In this document: piece after piece, positions 37,100-52,048 of the stretch
Layout of the letters: each line of letters starts with the position of its first letter
How positions within the stretch are numbered: the stretch's first letter is position 1
Origin: Octopus sinensis
Lineage: Eukaryota
Reading direction: 5' to 3'
NCBI RefSeq assembly: GCF_006345805.1
Contig: NC_042998.1
Span: 124,806,001-124,870,000, forward strand
Length of the DNA stretch: 64,000 bases
Notes under the pieces: model-generated
Told to the model about the DNA's origin: nothing
What the model saw: the letters and a program-made list of their open reading frames with translations, nothing else
Databases searched by the model: none
Position numbers and translations under genes: made by a program

Positions 37100-37700
37100 T
37101 CATATTCTAACTGATATTTCTGAAGAATTGTCCAGGAGGTTATTACAACATATCAAATATTAGTATCTTCTCGTCTGAACTATATTTATTTCCGTATCAG
37201 TTTTGCATGTATTTTTGCTTAATTATGCTTAATGTTAGTATTTCTGGTAGGAAAAATTATGAATTGCCTTTGTATGCAGCATAAATGGTTTTGCGTTTCG
37301 TCTCTGTCATTTTGTATAATTTTATATCTATTTCAATGTAGCTAAAGATAATTGTTGAAATTATGATAGGTTTCCTCATTTTTTATAAATATATGTCTGT
37401 ATTTATGTATTATATGTACCGAGGTTTTTGTGATGTAATCTAAACTTCGTTACATGCCTGGTTATATATCTGCTTTTAGAATCACGAGTAGTTTCTAATT
37501 ACAACCTTAGGTTACTGCTGAGATTGTCAGTGTGATGATTGCCCTTTAATGTTATACTGCAATTCCTTAAATAATTTCTGTCCGATAATCTGTTTCGTTT
37601 TTGGCATCTCGTACAATATCTCTTTCAAATATACGTAAGTACTTGTATGCATCATTTATGCTTAGTTCCTTTATTTTCAGATCGATTTTCTTTACAAATA
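37100..37700 (-). pseudogene. Old non-LTR retrotransposon RT C-terminal remnant, probably R4/Dong-like
   Basis: IKELSINDAYKYLRIFERD (37621-37680) resembles I.EL...E.YKYLGI.E.D; the rest is heavily decayed. Confidence 0.4.
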
Positions 37701-38423
37701 TATACTTATTTGATTAGCCTTTCTGGGTGAAAAGTGGTTTTCTCGTGATTGTTTTGGTTTTATGTTTTAGAGCAAAAGGGAAAAACAGGATATTGTGATG
37801 CTTGTGCTCCTCACAAGGTTAAATGAGGCGTGAGGGGCAAGTGAAGTCAAGCGAGAATCGAATCGACTTTCCATAATATAACATTTATCTCAAGGTGCTC
37901 GTCACGTTGGTTTGCATATTTGAAATTTTTTTGACGTTAAAAGCTAATAAGCAATTAATAGCTTAAAGCAAAATTCCAGAATTGTTCTTATAGTAAACGT
38001 AACATCATTTCTGATATACTATATTTCTTCCACGAAAAAGACAAATGACGTATCGAAAGGAAATAATTGTGCAACATAATCGCTATATTAAACTAAATGA
38101 AATGGCAATTTGAAACTCTATCCATATGTCAAGAGAGATTGAATTGCTCTTTCGTTAAGTAAGAAATACAATACACTGACAAATTTTCAATCTGCAAATA
38201 AACAGTTATTTGATTATTTAGAGAATAATTATCGAGGAAGTATACTTCATTCAAACTTTAATATGAAATATTTGAGAAACAAAGTCGAAAGAATATGGTG
38301 AGGATTATATTTTCAACTTTAAATAAATCATGATATCAATAAGAGAAAAATTATTTAACCTTGTGTTAAGTATAGATTATGTTTACAATTAGTAGATCTA
38401 ACACATACACACATAAACACACA

Positions 38424-38527
38424 CATGGTAAAAATTTGCTTCCTTATACATGGTTCTGGGTTCAGTGGCGCCTTGTTGTATTGTAGCCTCGAGCCTACCG
38501 AAACCTTTTGCATGGAATTTGTAGACT
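38424..38527 (+). mobile_element. SINE family A head, degraded
   Basis: ggtaaaaatttgcttcc...tggttctgggttcagt...gtagcctcgagcc. Confidence 0.55.
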
Positions 38528-38529
38528 AC

Positions 38530-40540
38530 CAAGCCAATATATATATTATATTATGACTGTATCTTCACTCGAAAGTGTGATATGCAAGACGTCTTTATAT
38601 GTCTTATATAACAGACACTTCGACCGTGACTATAAACTAATATTGTGTAAGTTCAAATTTTGGACTCGTAATAAAATTCACATGAAAAGCGCAGAACCAC
38701 CAAAACAAACTGTTATTGATAATTTAGATCAATCTGATATATTTAGAACGTGTGCAAAACGAGTTCATTGTTATCAGCTTTGATTGAACTTGGAGGAATC
38801 TCAAGTATCACGTATGATTGAGGTGCCGTCATCATCTCGAGATTCGAAAGAAAGATATAGAGACTGGTTTGACAGCAATAACAATAAAATACCCCAGTTG
38901 TTGGAGGCAAAGCAATCAATTGACAGGGCTTTTTTGGATCACAATACAAAGAATAAAATTTCTTTAGAGCGCCCTCCAACTCGTAGAAAGGAACATGGCA
39001 GAAGGAATTAAGAAAAATTAAAACTACATTGTACTCATAACTTTCATCGGATATCTTGACATAAAGTCTTCCAAGGATTTATATGGTCCCCTTAGAAAAA
39101 TATTTGCAATCAAAAGCTGTTATAAGACCCAGCTGATTCATCACTTTTTGCATTGTTTAATAATTCTGAGTTAATATGGAAATAATTAATGGATTTCCAA
39201 AAGCAAACATATGGACGCGCATGAACGACATAACCGAATATGTGAAGTTATTTTAGGAAGAAGTTAGTTAAACTCCTACAAGGCTCCCAGCCTTGATAGA
39301 ATACCCAGAGAATCCTTGAAGGCAGAAGACAACACTGTGACATCTACAGTACATTAGATGACATTTGCTTACTGGGAAGGAACTCCAATTTCATAGGACT
39401 GTGTTGATGATGTACGTATGTTCCTACATAAAACTAACATGATTTTCTCACCTTCGTGACTTCAGTAGAAGTGTGATGAACATCAGATACGCCTCTTTCA
39501 GTTAGTTGTTGACCTCACTAAAGCCTTTGATATGGTCAACAAATAATCTTTATGGAGAGTCCTTCGCAAACTTGGCAGTCTATCAAAATGTGTACGCATG
39601 TTTAAAGAACTGAACCGCAACATGAAAGCAAAGATTGCATTTAATAGAGAGATTTCAGATGAAATCGTCATAGGCAATGGAATAAAACAAGGTGACATTC
39701 CAGTACCTCATTGTTTTCAATATATTTCCCTACACTGCTATCTTATGTCTCACAAACTCAGAATTATTAAAAGAGGATTCTGTACTTCGGATAGATTTTC
39801 AATTTATGTCTCAGTAGTAAGTTAAAGGTTTTTATGGTTCTGATTAGAGAGTTGTGGTATGCAGATGATGCTGGCTATGTAGCATATACACAAAAAAAGA
39901 TACAGATCATAACGGACAGATTTTTCTGTTGCATCAGTTGCCTTTTGTCTAACTCTAAGTTTAAAATTACCTCGCCGGCACTTAGTGAACATAATGTGGA
40001 GCCTAATAGCTATGTGGAAACATATTAAGAGTGGTGGATATATTTCCATATTTGAGAAGTGCCCTATCTGATGATAGCTGCCTAGATTTTGAAATTCTCG
40101 TATACTGAGAATCGAAAAGGCACGTATGGCATTTGGAAAACTAGAGAACAGTCTGTGGTCAGATAGAGATATTACAGCTCGCATTAAAATCAAAATTTAC
40201 AAGAAATGCATACTGACATCTTTCTTGTATGCTTCTGAGACATGGAATCCTCATAGAAGGCATGTAAAAATGCTTGAGAGATTCCACTGAAAATGCACCA
40301 AAAAATATTAAAGGTAAAATGGGAGGATTTGCTGTTAGATACGGAAATACTAGATAGCTGGTTGTGTATCCATTTAGTCATATTTAGTCCCAATCAAATG
40401 CGATTGGGAGGGCATCGTGTTGGTACATCAGATGGAGACTGTCCAAGCAGTTATTTTATGGAGAGTTTCAATCTTGAAAACGATCACAACATAAAACAAA
40501 GAAGCTGTACAAGAAATGCGTTTGTGACGACTGAATAAAG
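38530..40540 (+). pseudogene. RTE-clade LINE, decayed RT region
   Basis: Fragments DWFDSNNNKIPQLL, VDLTKAFDMVN..LWRVL, NGIKQG, ELWYADD, FGKLE...W....I...IKI.IYK.CIL..FLYASETW; many frameshifts. Confidence 0.85.
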
Positions 40541-41035
40541 AAATATTTGAATAAGGAGTAATAGAATTTTGGTAATGTAGAACTGTAAAAGAAAGTGAGT
40601 TGAATATAACTATACTACAATATATTTGACCGTGTTTCAGTTAGCGGAAAATCGTAGAAAAAAGGAAGTTAAATATTACAATATCAGAAAAAATGAGATA
40701 TACACATGTTGAAAATTTACGAAGTGCAAAACATCATAAAATGATTAAAATGAATTTTAAAACTGTAAATATGTTATAACTATAGCTAAAATATTTTCTA
40801 TATTGAAAAAAAAGAAAAATAAAATTTGCATATCACAAGAAATTTTCAACGTGCATTAATTCGAGTTATAACATTTTTTATAACAAAATAATTATATGAA
40901 GCGAAATATCTCGCACTTTAAAATATAAATACATATGTAAAAGTTCATACACATGCAATGAAATAGAGAATTCTAAAACAACTTATAAGTCGTTTCACCG
41001 AGTAATTGAATTAATGTTTTTAGATTTACATAGCA

Positions 41036-41165
<130 letters not shown>

Positions 41166-41825
41166 TGTCTGTATGTATGTATATGTATGACTTTAAATGT
41201 AGAATATATTTACATGTACAATTATACACACACCTATACACGAGTTTATATAAATTAGCTACGTATTTATGTGTGTAGTATGTATGTTAGTTACCAGAGG
41301 TCGAGTGTGAAGAAATATTTATTCTTAAACTTAAATGGCTTATAGCAAATTCTTATGCAATGCTTTTAGTATGTAATTATATGTACATATTTTTTATCGT
41401 AATGCAGATACTCGCTTAAGTTGAATATTCCCAGGTTTCTATGGTGTTTGAAGCTGTTTGATAATTTATTTATTCATAGCTTAATGTTATGATATAAGAA
41501 AATTATATATTTATATTTTACTTTATACATATTCTTATAATTCTAAATTGATAGGAAACGCATATTTTTGCAATTTTAACAGAAATGTATCCCAGAGTTC
41601 TGGAGTGAACAGTATTTCTTTTTATCTGCGACCAAGGACAAATCTGTCTAGGGGACATACAATTCTAGATGTTAACTGTTATTTTTATTTGTCTAATGAA
41701 TTCATCCACTGAGAGTTACAACTGCAGTTCCTACCGAAGCTATAGGAAATGCTCAACATCCATATCAACCGTGGAGGAACATTATTTTCAATGGTGATAA
41801 GTGAATACAAGTGACCTAAATAGGG

Positions 41826-41960
41826 CTCCTCCAAAAGATGTCCGGAGTAAAGTTACTCAACAGGATGCGATGCGATGCTCATAGACCAGGGAGTCGTCAC
41901 AGGTGGGGCCGCTACTTCTCCGCATTGAGAGTTCACAACTGTGATACTACGGATATGTGA
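41826..41960 (+). pseudogene. RTE-clade LINE C-terminal remnant
   Basis: LLQKMSGVKLLNRMR and PLLLRIESSQL*YYGYV resemble FLRR..G..L.DR.R and PLLLRIERSQLRW.GHV. Confidence 0.65.
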
Positions 41961-42085
41961 TTAGAAGGTCGCACATAAATATCACAAATATATATATATA
42001 AAAGATGGAGGTGGAAATAGCACAGAAGCAAGTCTAAGACATTTCAATTTAAGAGGGAATTTGATAAAACATTATATAAATAAAA

Positions 42086-42125
42086 AATATCACCGGTTTC
42101 GATATATTTCATCTTATCAAATATC
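42086..42125 (-). ncRNA. Degenerate type I hammerhead remnant
   Basis: GAUAU UUGAUAA GAU-GAAAUAU-AUC GAAA CCGGU G AUAUU: stems I and II and palindromic stem III (ACCGGU) are retained, but two core positions and the cleavage base are mutated. Confidence 0.45.
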
Positions 42126-42567
42126 AGTAAAAATTTATAAAAATTTGAAAAATTTGAAATAAAAATAGTTTATTTTTTGTCTGGTGGTCAAGAACATGTC
42201 TGGAGATTTTTCGTTGAAGTCTTCCTTAAATAAAGTTCGGCATAGAGTTCAAAGTGTTAGAAATTGAGAGCAGGGGTGTCTATTGTCTAAAAGAAATCTT
42301 TGTGCGTTCCTGCCAAGGGAGTGGCTAAAAAAGGAGTTATTGAATGGGTTTTATGTCCACCTGTGAATGGGTTGTATGGTCACCAGCTGTTTGTATGTGT
42401 GTTTTTGTGGTGTTTCTTTTTTGTCTATGTGTGTATGTGTGTTTGTGTGTGTACAGAGTTGTGTGTGTGTTTATGATGTTTTCTTTTTGTATATATGTGT
42501 ATGTTTGTGTGTGTGTGTAATATTTCTTGTGTGTGTGCGTGTGTGTGTGCGTGTGTGTGTGTGCGTG

Positions 42568-42600
<33 letters not shown>

Positions 42601-43196
42601 GCGATCATACGGATAAACAAATTAGACACCTCAAATATATTAAATACGTCAAATACAAGAAAATGTATATATGAATATATGCGAAATGAGAGAAAGCCAA
42701 ACGTGGAAAATCTCAGATGATGAATTTCTATGTATAATTATATAGGTATTTATATTAATAGGTCCACCTCTCACAGAGTACAAAGAACAAACGAGAAAAT
42801 ATTATTCCTAAGTATATGGGTATGTATATATGCTTGCGTAGAAGGGGTGAATGAAGATACATGCATACAACCTCGAACCTTTCCAACCTGAACATCTACA
42901 AAGATGACTCAGATTGTTTCAAAAATGATCTTGAAATAAAGTGGCCCTCTCAAAGCAAGAAAATATAATGGAACTTTAAGAATTTACGTCAATAATACAA
43001 GCCATGTGAATAGACTTAGACCGAGAGTGAAAAGACATTGCTCTCAGAAATAATATTCCCAAAACCATACATGACCTTACGAGATGAAGCAAAAAGATCT
43101 TTCACTCAAATATACAACTTCATGACATCGAGAAGAAATGTGTTGATAACGCGAAACTACAGAAACACTTGAATGCAACATGAAAGTGGATATATA

Positions 43197-44441
43197 TTAG
43201 GTCGTCAAGTATGAAATTTGTAGTAAGGTATATGGTAAACTTTGACAGCTGCTCATTTTGCACCATTATTATATTTTGACAATCTTTATTTTTTGTTAGA
43301 AAGCTGACACATCTATTTCTTTATTCTAACTCATTTTGCACTTTATAAAGTATATGAGTCACAAAAAGAAAATCACTCTCCATTATGATTTCATTACATC
43401 GTTTTTTGCTACTTTTGCTTAGAGATGGAAAAGTCGGAAATTCGTACAGTTTTGAAATATGAGTTCTTTCTTGGAAATACTGCATCAGAGACAGCTCAGA
43501 ATATTAATGGAGTATTTCATTCCAATGTTATTATGCAGGAGACAGTATCAAATTAGTTTGCAAAATTTCGTTCTGGTAACTTTGACCTCACAAATGAGCA
43601 ATGCGGTCGACAAAGGTAGATAATGATGAACTGAAAGCTACCGTCGAGTCAGATCCAGCTCAAAATGCCTGTAAACTATTGTTGTTGTATGGTGTTAGCA
43701 AGCAAACAATATTGACTCACCTAGTTCAAATCAGTAAAGTGAAAAAGTTGGATAAGTGGGTTCTACATGAACTCAATGAAAATCAGGAACAGCAACGTTT
43801 GGAAGCCTGCATTATGCGACTTTCTCGTCACAAAAATGAATCATTTTTGAATCGAATTGTAACATGTGATGAGAAATATATCCAATACAACAACCGTAAG
43901 CATTCAGCACAGTGGTTGGACAAAGACGAGCCACCAAAACACAGTCTAAAAAGCAAACTTCCTCCAATGAAGCTGATGGTATGTGTTTGGTGGTCTTGCG
44001 CAGGTGTGATCTATTATGATTTCATTAAACCTGGCTCATCAATCGCGGCCAAAGTATACTGCAGCCAACTGGACCAAAGGATGCAGAAACTTTCACAAAA
44101 ACAGCCTAGATTAGTCAACAGATCCACTCCTATTTTATTGCAAGACAATGCCAGACCACACTTCGCAAAAATGGCATTGGTGAAACTACAGAATTTGGAG
44201 TTGGAAGTTCTCCATCATACACCATACTCACCTGATCATGCTCCCACTGACTAGCACTACTTTCAGAATTTGGATAACTTTTTGATAGGAAAAAACATTT
44301 AATTCCGACGATGCTGTAAAATAGGCCCTCCAAGTTTTAAATGGCTCTAGATTGCCAGGCTTTTGCGGTTCCGGGCTGGACAAGCTACCGCTGATATGGC
44401 AAAAATGTATTGACCATAGGGGTGCATACTTTGATGAATAA
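43197..44441 (+). pseudogene. mariner (DD34D) transposon, decayed; left TIR TA|TTAGGTCGTC..., right TIR not seen
   Basis: ATG at 43425 MEKSEIRTVLKYEF...; WVLHEL, VTCDEKYI, LQDNARPH, YSPDHAPTD with 34 residues between the last two Ds; ends CIDHRGAYFDE* at 44441; internal stops and frameshifts. Confidence 0.92.
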
Positions 44442-44634
44442 AACTATTCCTTGTATTTATAAGACATTAGCAAACTTTTTTCTCTGAGCGATGTATAAAC
44501 AGTAGCTGGACGATATCGTGAAGTATATTTGCCACTTAAATGTGGCTAACCCCTAAGGGTGGATGCTACTGTAGCTTGTAGCCCCAGGAGGACACCTCCT
44601 CCAGCTGGCTGTTGACACACTTTCTGTCTGCATA

Positions 44635-44674
<40 letters not shown>

Positions 44675-45558
44675 GTATTATGTATTACGATATTTTCTAC
44701 TCGGTGCAATCAAACCTGTTCTTTATGCACCAATACCTTTTCGTGTGAACTACATTTAATTATGTGCATTTATAATAATTATGTTTATAAGGCTATATGA
44801 GTGTATGTATGTGTGTGTGTGTGTGGTGTGTGTGTGTGTGTGTGTGTGTGTATTTGTTTCTTTGTAAATATGAATATGTTTTTATGTCCGCATGTATGTT
44901 GTATATAATGCATATGTATATATGGTTATATAGATAAGCATTTAAATGCAAGTGTTTCTGGTTGTCTACACTTCAATCTCAGGGCATGAATGCATATATA
45001 TATGAGAGTCTGTGTGTGTGTGTGTGAAAATCTATTTCTATATAGCCATTGAATTCATAGTATCATAAAGAAATCTCATATACGCACGATAACTTATGTG
45101 AAATTATTATCATACAGACCGAATCTTTTGATGGCCAAGTCTGTAGAATATAAATGTAAACATCTTCCAAGAGAGTTGCATTAAATCCTGACTTAGATAT
45201 AGTATCGTTTGAAAGAGTGATTTCTCTTATTTCTTACAATATGCCATCAAACGTATCCTATAAATACTACTGAAATGCAAATTGGTTTCAAACTACATAG
45301 CAAGGAAATTGAACAGCTATAAAAATATCTTTTATATCTCATCTCTAAATTCTTCAAATATTTGGACGATAAAATCTTATGTTTTCAGTACTTTCCATAA
45401 ATAATTTTCCTTAAAATAGCAACTTTTTTAATACATCATAGAGTTCCTCTTTACTTTGGACAGAATTCAATATACCATGGGAATTGCGGAGTAAAAACCC
45501 CGCCAATAAAGCAGTAGAATACAGAAAACGCAGACAATGGGCGGAAAATAATCACACA

Positions 45559-45630
<72 letters not shown>

Positions 45631-46169
45631 GTAGTGTCCCAAATCCTTACATAGTCTTATAGACATCTATTGTTGCTTTATGCCAATTCATTTTCGTAAT
45701 GACTTCAGTTCTGAGGTTGAAATAATTCTTCAAATTCTAACATGCATTGCTTGCTTGATTGATATTTTTATACCAAAATAGATAATCAAAAACCTAAAAT
45801 TATATAAACCTATGGTATATGAGAGCAAATACTATTCCGTTACATCATTCAGTATCCGATCAGCATTGACACAAGATCTCACTAATTTTGGTAGCATCGC
45901 CTTCGGGAGGTGTTCAGCAGCGGCGTTGGAGAATACGTGATCACAAAACTAGAAAACTTTCGATAGTTGTCTATCATTGTGAAATAATCATAATTTCCCT
46001 AAACTGGTCAAACATTGATGTTACTTTCATTTTTCTTACATTATTTCATTTTTCAATATGATCCGTCGACTTAGGAAATACAAGAAAATGTCTAAGTGAA
46101 AACAAATAATGCACCTTTCAACAAACACTCATATGACATTGTTCAGATGAATAAAATTTTCAGAAACAC

Positions 46170-46457
46170 GGTATACCATTTCCTTAACAAAAAACCAGCA
46201 TCAAAAGATGAAATCCACAAAAATAAGCGTCTTAAAATGCCCTAGACACAGCTTCAAGTTTAACTGGATAGAAAATTTATGATAAAAAATTAAGAAACTG
46301 GTGTTGGTTCCAAAGCCGAAAAGCAGAAATTAATTCAAGCAATCATTCATTCCTAGCAGAGAATTATAAATCCTGATGTGTTAAAGAAACTCATCGCTTC
46401 GTCGCCAATAAGATTTGGAGCTGTAATAATAGGAAAACGTTACATTACGTAATACTG
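46170..46457 (+). pseudogene. Tc1 transposase C-terminal remnant
   Basis: NWIENL..KIKKLV...LIQAII...LKKLIAS.P.R..AVI..K.Y.T.Y pattern. Confidence 0.6.
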
Positions 46458-46737
46458 CTATCAAATTCTAAATTTAAGCCAAATTATGGACTAAATTAGA
46501 TAAAATATTTTTGTTTTATATGGTTTTCCTTGTACATCTTTTTGAAGCTGATATAAATATATTTACTGCATATGAATATCGAATTTAGTCTATTGATTTG
46601 AAGAACAAGATATAAAAGGAAAAATAATTATAAGGAAATAGGCATAAACCAACAGTCACCCACTACGCAAGGAAATACCAGAATTTTCGCCACACGCGTG
46701 TGAAAATATCCATGTGTACATACACATATATATATAA

Positions 46738-46795
<58 letters not shown>

Positions 46796-48761
46796 TGTGT
46801 GTGTCATTTATGTATATTCGTAACTGTCAACTATGGCTACATGAGAAATTGCATTTACTGCGGCAGCTAGCAGTATCCATCAATCTGAAAACTGATCTAT
46901 CCTATTGTTGTTACCATAGAGAGACAGTGTCAATAAACTTCGATCCACTAACCACAGATACATTAGGAATACCACGTTTAGCCTACATGGCTCATGAACA
47001 ACTGAAGTGTAATGGATTTCTGCTTGAACATTATAAGTTTATTTCCTTCTACATACCTTTATCTTAGCCTGCTATCACCCGGATAAAATTCCATATTCAA
47101 CTAAGCATAACACAGAATCTGACAGCAGTAGACTGTTTACCTGACACCATGGAAAAGCTTCTTCCTAACACCAACAGTAATTATGTCTCTGAGTTCTTCA
47201 ATTCTATAGATTATCTGGTGCCAGATAGATGCCCCCTCTACCACTTTGAAGTATATTATATCATGAGTCCTCTTTTCTTCATCAAACTACACTCGTGACC
47301 TAAACTAACGAACGGAAACCCAAAAATATTCTCATCTAGGATCCAAGTTTAATTTATCCTAAACTTGGATCCGTAGATCTGAAGATTTGAATGCACAACT
47401 TCTACAAAACTTGAAATAATGTGAAGCCGAGTCAATCTGTTATTAAATACAACTCAAACTACATGTTTAACCTGCCTATATACATCCATACACATCACAC
47501 ACACACGCGCGCACTTGTGTGTGTGTGGGTGTTAAAAGAGAGTGGAAGTGAATTAGTACTTGCAAAAGTATGAAAGTGAATATAGAGTTGCATAGATCTG
47601 TGTATAGGGAAGAAATTGTATCAAGAGGACATGAGCAACAAAAGGAGCGACGAACAAAGTGTTAAGTCGAGGTATTCAACTGTGTGAGCGTCGACAAAGG
47701 AATGCAAGTCAACGTTTCAGTTAATCGCTCTTATTCAACAAAGGAGTGGAGGATGAAAAGTAAAAATTGAGGTGAAAACTACAATATTAGTTCAGAGATG
47801 TACTTTGCTGAAATAGCAAAACAGGACGTAGCGAAATGTAGTTTGTTTTTTTTTTTAGCATAGAAGAATAAGAAAGTAAATGAAATGTCATAAGCATGCA
47901 AGGGAGTGGGTAAAAGCCGTGGAATGAAACATGTGAGAATTAGGATGATGAGTCTTCAAGCAAGCCTGTATAGAGAACAATTCTCCGTATAGAGAATAAT
48001 TGCTGTGCTACTGAATTAATTTTAAGGGGATAATAATTTATTATTATCTAAACAATTAAAATCCTATTTTTTCATTTTCTTTCTTTTTTGTTTAATACGT
48101 TATATTTCTCGTATACAGTCGTTTAGACAAGTTTAGAACTGATTTCGAAAATATCCTACTCGTGTGCGGTATTATAATTAGGTGCACCGAGACAAATTAT
48201 AAGAAGCAACACGATAATGGCATGACTAAAAGACAAGAGGTTCAGAGTTAGTACATTAACAAATAAAGGAGAGCAAAAGCTCATATATATGTATAAGGTG
48301 TAACAAAAATATCGTGTAAAACGAAGCTTAACGTTTCACAACCAGGGTAATGTAGAGATTGGATGTGAAACTACGAAAAAGTGGTCTTAGAAGCGCCTTC
48401 AGTTGTATTGAGTCACGGTTTAAACTGCTCCCGCCTCATTAAACTCTCTTTACTATAAATTGCTACTCTTTTCCTGATCGCTGCCATTTGAATAGATTGA
48501 AACTTTCATTCCATAAAATATCTCATGGACGCTCCGGGATGCATCATCAGTTTAGTTTCTGAGATCTTAGGGCTTTGTGGGGTTTTCAATACCAGATTTC
48601 TTTGCCCAGTTAATCTAACCGGAGGTGATCAAGTCACAGCTTAAATCTCAGTAGCAGCAAACTATCTTTATCGAAAGCTGTGTTTCGGAAACATTTGATT
48701 CAACATTATTGTTAGATTTAGGCATTTATTTTATTTTCATTTCATTTTAATTTTAGTTCTA

Positions 48762-49310
48762 TTAATTTTTCGGCTTTCTGTAAAAGTTATCTGTTTTGCG
48801 TATAGGAATATCAGGGTTTATATTATTTATATTTTTGTTCGTAGATCTACTTCTAATAACATTATCATTTTGTTTGATTAAATAAGATGCGATTATGCTT
48901 GTATCACTTATTCGTTTACTTGCAATTTTGTGTGCTGTATTAATGTTTCGTATGTTTATATGAAGAATGTACGCTAACTTTAATGTTATTTCTCTGAGTG
49001 GATGTAATAAATTGGATCTTATTCTGTAAGCCACTTTCAACGGAGCTTTATCAAAATGTTCAAAGTTAATATTCAATATTTCTACGTTACAGAATAAATT
49101 AGATATTTCAACAAAAATATTCTTAACAACATACACAAAAATCTTAATCGTCCAAAGTCTATAATAGGTAATCTTGTAAAGATTTTCATTATGTTTGTGA
49201 AAAGAAGTGTATAGGCATCTATTCATGGTGACATCGAGAAAATTTACCTTTTCATATTTCCACTCTGTTTGGATACGCTTCAATTCCAAATGCATAAATG
49301 ACCAAATCTT
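48762..49310 (-). pseudogene. Penelope-like RT remnant
   Basis: ORF segment EKVNFLDVTMN..LY..FHKHNENL.Y...IS.L.CN.EI matches the PLE pattern VNFLDV.......Y..Y.KPN...Y. Confidence 0.7.
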
Positions 49311-50037
49311 TTAATTTCATCTTAACTTGCAGCTGCATTTTTTCATTTTACTTATGTGTGTGTGTTTCTACGAGTGTGTGCGTACGAACAGCTACTCTCA
49401 CCCATACTGCAATCTAAAAAATTCCTCACTTTCTTTGAGTTATTACAGCATAGAAAGTTTTATTCTTAGACTTCCTGACTACAGTATCCCTTTTCTTTAT
49501 TTTACTGATAAAATAAAAATAATACTTTTCTTTTTCTTAAATGTTCCAATTTTGTACACAGTTTTAAAATCAACCAACTTCTTTTGGTAAATAATACTGG
49601 TATTGGATTACTATTTTCTTCTGAAGTGAACGGTATTTCGATGTCATTATGTAATCACCCACGTAACGATTACTGCATTATATAATAGTATTCGCCAGTG
49701 AAACAAGGAGAATAGTTGTATATAATGCAGTAATTATAAAGATTATGTTCTAACTAAAAAAACACTTAAGCCAACTATCTTGCTTTAATCTACTCTTCGA
49801 TTCACAGTCTGTAATTTATTTATACGTATGTAATACCAAAAGAAAATCGGACAGCAAATAATGTTTATTACACGATCAGAATCTAGATATACAATGATTT
49901 ACATTAAATTCTGAGCATTGTTTATTTTTTATGGTCATTGAAATAACAATTCCTACATATATGATATGATATATATATATGATATATGATATATGATATA
50001 TGATATGATAGATATATGATATATGATATATGATATG

Positions 50038-50113
<76 letters not shown>

Positions 50114-51012
50114 AGGCGGCATATATGAGAGTGCGTGCGTGCATGTCTGCACGCGTCACTGACTGCTTTTAAGACGACAAACAACACCAATTTTGTACTT
50201 ATACAAAAGTAAAGAACGAAAAGTCAACTACAACAGGCAAGCACCACATACACAAAACACATATACACACTTTCACGCTTACACATACAAACGCCCTCAT
50301 TCATTCATACACACTTTTTAAAATAACCAATTTATCAAAGCATAAGACAATTTCTATCTTCAACAACAGTAAACATGCCAAAAAAAGTCACTCGTTAAAG
50401 TCCATTTTCACACCCCAATAAACTCAATCGGATTTTCACTAGTCACTTCAAAGACTTCTGTAAACCAAATTTTGTTTTCTTCTTTCCTTTCTCTTAACCT
50501 TCCTCATCTCCTTTTTTTTCTCTCTTATTTTCTCTTAACCCATACTTCTTTTCTCTCTTGCTACTGTTTCTTGTTCGACAGCTTCGCCCGATTCTTCTAC
50601 CTCTACTTTTCTCATATCTTTTTCTTCCCTCCTCCCCATTATTCCAATTTTTACCTCCTTCTTCCTCTTTTCCATTTCCCTTTAGTCATTTGTTTTTACG
50701 AGGTTCGAAATGTTTGCTCGTGTGCTTGTTTTAGGTTTTATTTGTTTCTTCTCCTAGTTCCTTTACCCTATTGTATCGTGTTCTTTCGAATTACTGCTCT
50801 GTTTTAACCAACATGCTCCCACAGAGGTTGCTTTCTGCATCACCAGATCTGAATCCAATCGGTGAGAGTGTATATAAAGTAACTTCCAAGACAGCATCGT
50901 AAGATGTCCAAAGACCCAGAACGAGAAAATTTGAGGCAAAACGCACGCAGTTTCAGCATTAACTGAACAATACATATGTGCGTGCGTGTGTGTCTGTCTG
51001 TGTGTGTTTCTG

Positions 51013-51081
<69 letters not shown>

Positions 51082-51095
51082 TGTTCGTGTGTGTA

Positions 51096-51670
51096 CAAGG
51101 GTCGAATGAAAAGTTAATGGGCTGACCAAGATACTCTTATGGAATGTGACCAAATCTGGTTGATTTTCCAACATATTACCTATTGTGAATCACACAATTT
51201 TCCTATCGGTGGTGTCGTACTTGGATCCCATGAGAGAAGAAGCTTTAATCCTGCTGGTCAAAAGAAGTCATCAACAGCAGATAGCACGTCATCAAATCTG
51301 CAATACTGGTTCTCACCCAAATGTTTTTCATGCTGGGGAACAGATTCAGGTACCCACTTTTGCACAGTTGATAAAGCTAGAGCGTCAACCCCTAATATAG
51401 CAACCATGTCAGCAAGAATGTCATTCTGGGCTAAACCCTTTTCCTGCAGGTACTCGATATGAGCTCGATGCCAAATTTTGTCCATTTGTAAGAGACGTCG
51501 CCAGTAATTACTTTTGAAGTCTTCTACGAACGGTCAAATGTCAGTTTATCTGGGAAGAAACAATTAAGTTATTAATAAGAATCGTTAAAATTACTACATG
51601 CAAAATTTCACAGGTCTAGCATCATTCCTTCATAGTCAGCCTTTGAGTTTTTCAGCCCATCTCCCCCACT
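51096..51670 (-). mobile_element. Internally deleted mariner derivative
   Basis: MDKIWHRAHIEYLQEKGL...STVQKWV is fused directly to C-terminal KHLGENQY...DDVLSAVDDFF; degraded TIRs GAAAAGTTAATGGGCTGACC and AGTCAGCCTTTGAGTTTTTC. Confidence 0.8.
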
Positions 51671-51730
51671 TATATGTTGCAAATACATATATATAGAGAA
51701 ATATACAAGTATGCCCATATATGCAACGTA

Positions 51731-51772
<42 letters not shown>

Positions 51773-51862
51773 GTGTGTGTAACCATATATATGTGTATGA
51801 TTGAGTACAAACATACACATATACATAACATATACACATGTGCATATACATATCTATCTATG

Positions 51863-51967
<105 letters not shown>

Positions 51968-51983
51968 GTGTGTGTGTGTGTGG

Positions 51984-52048
<65 letters not shown>

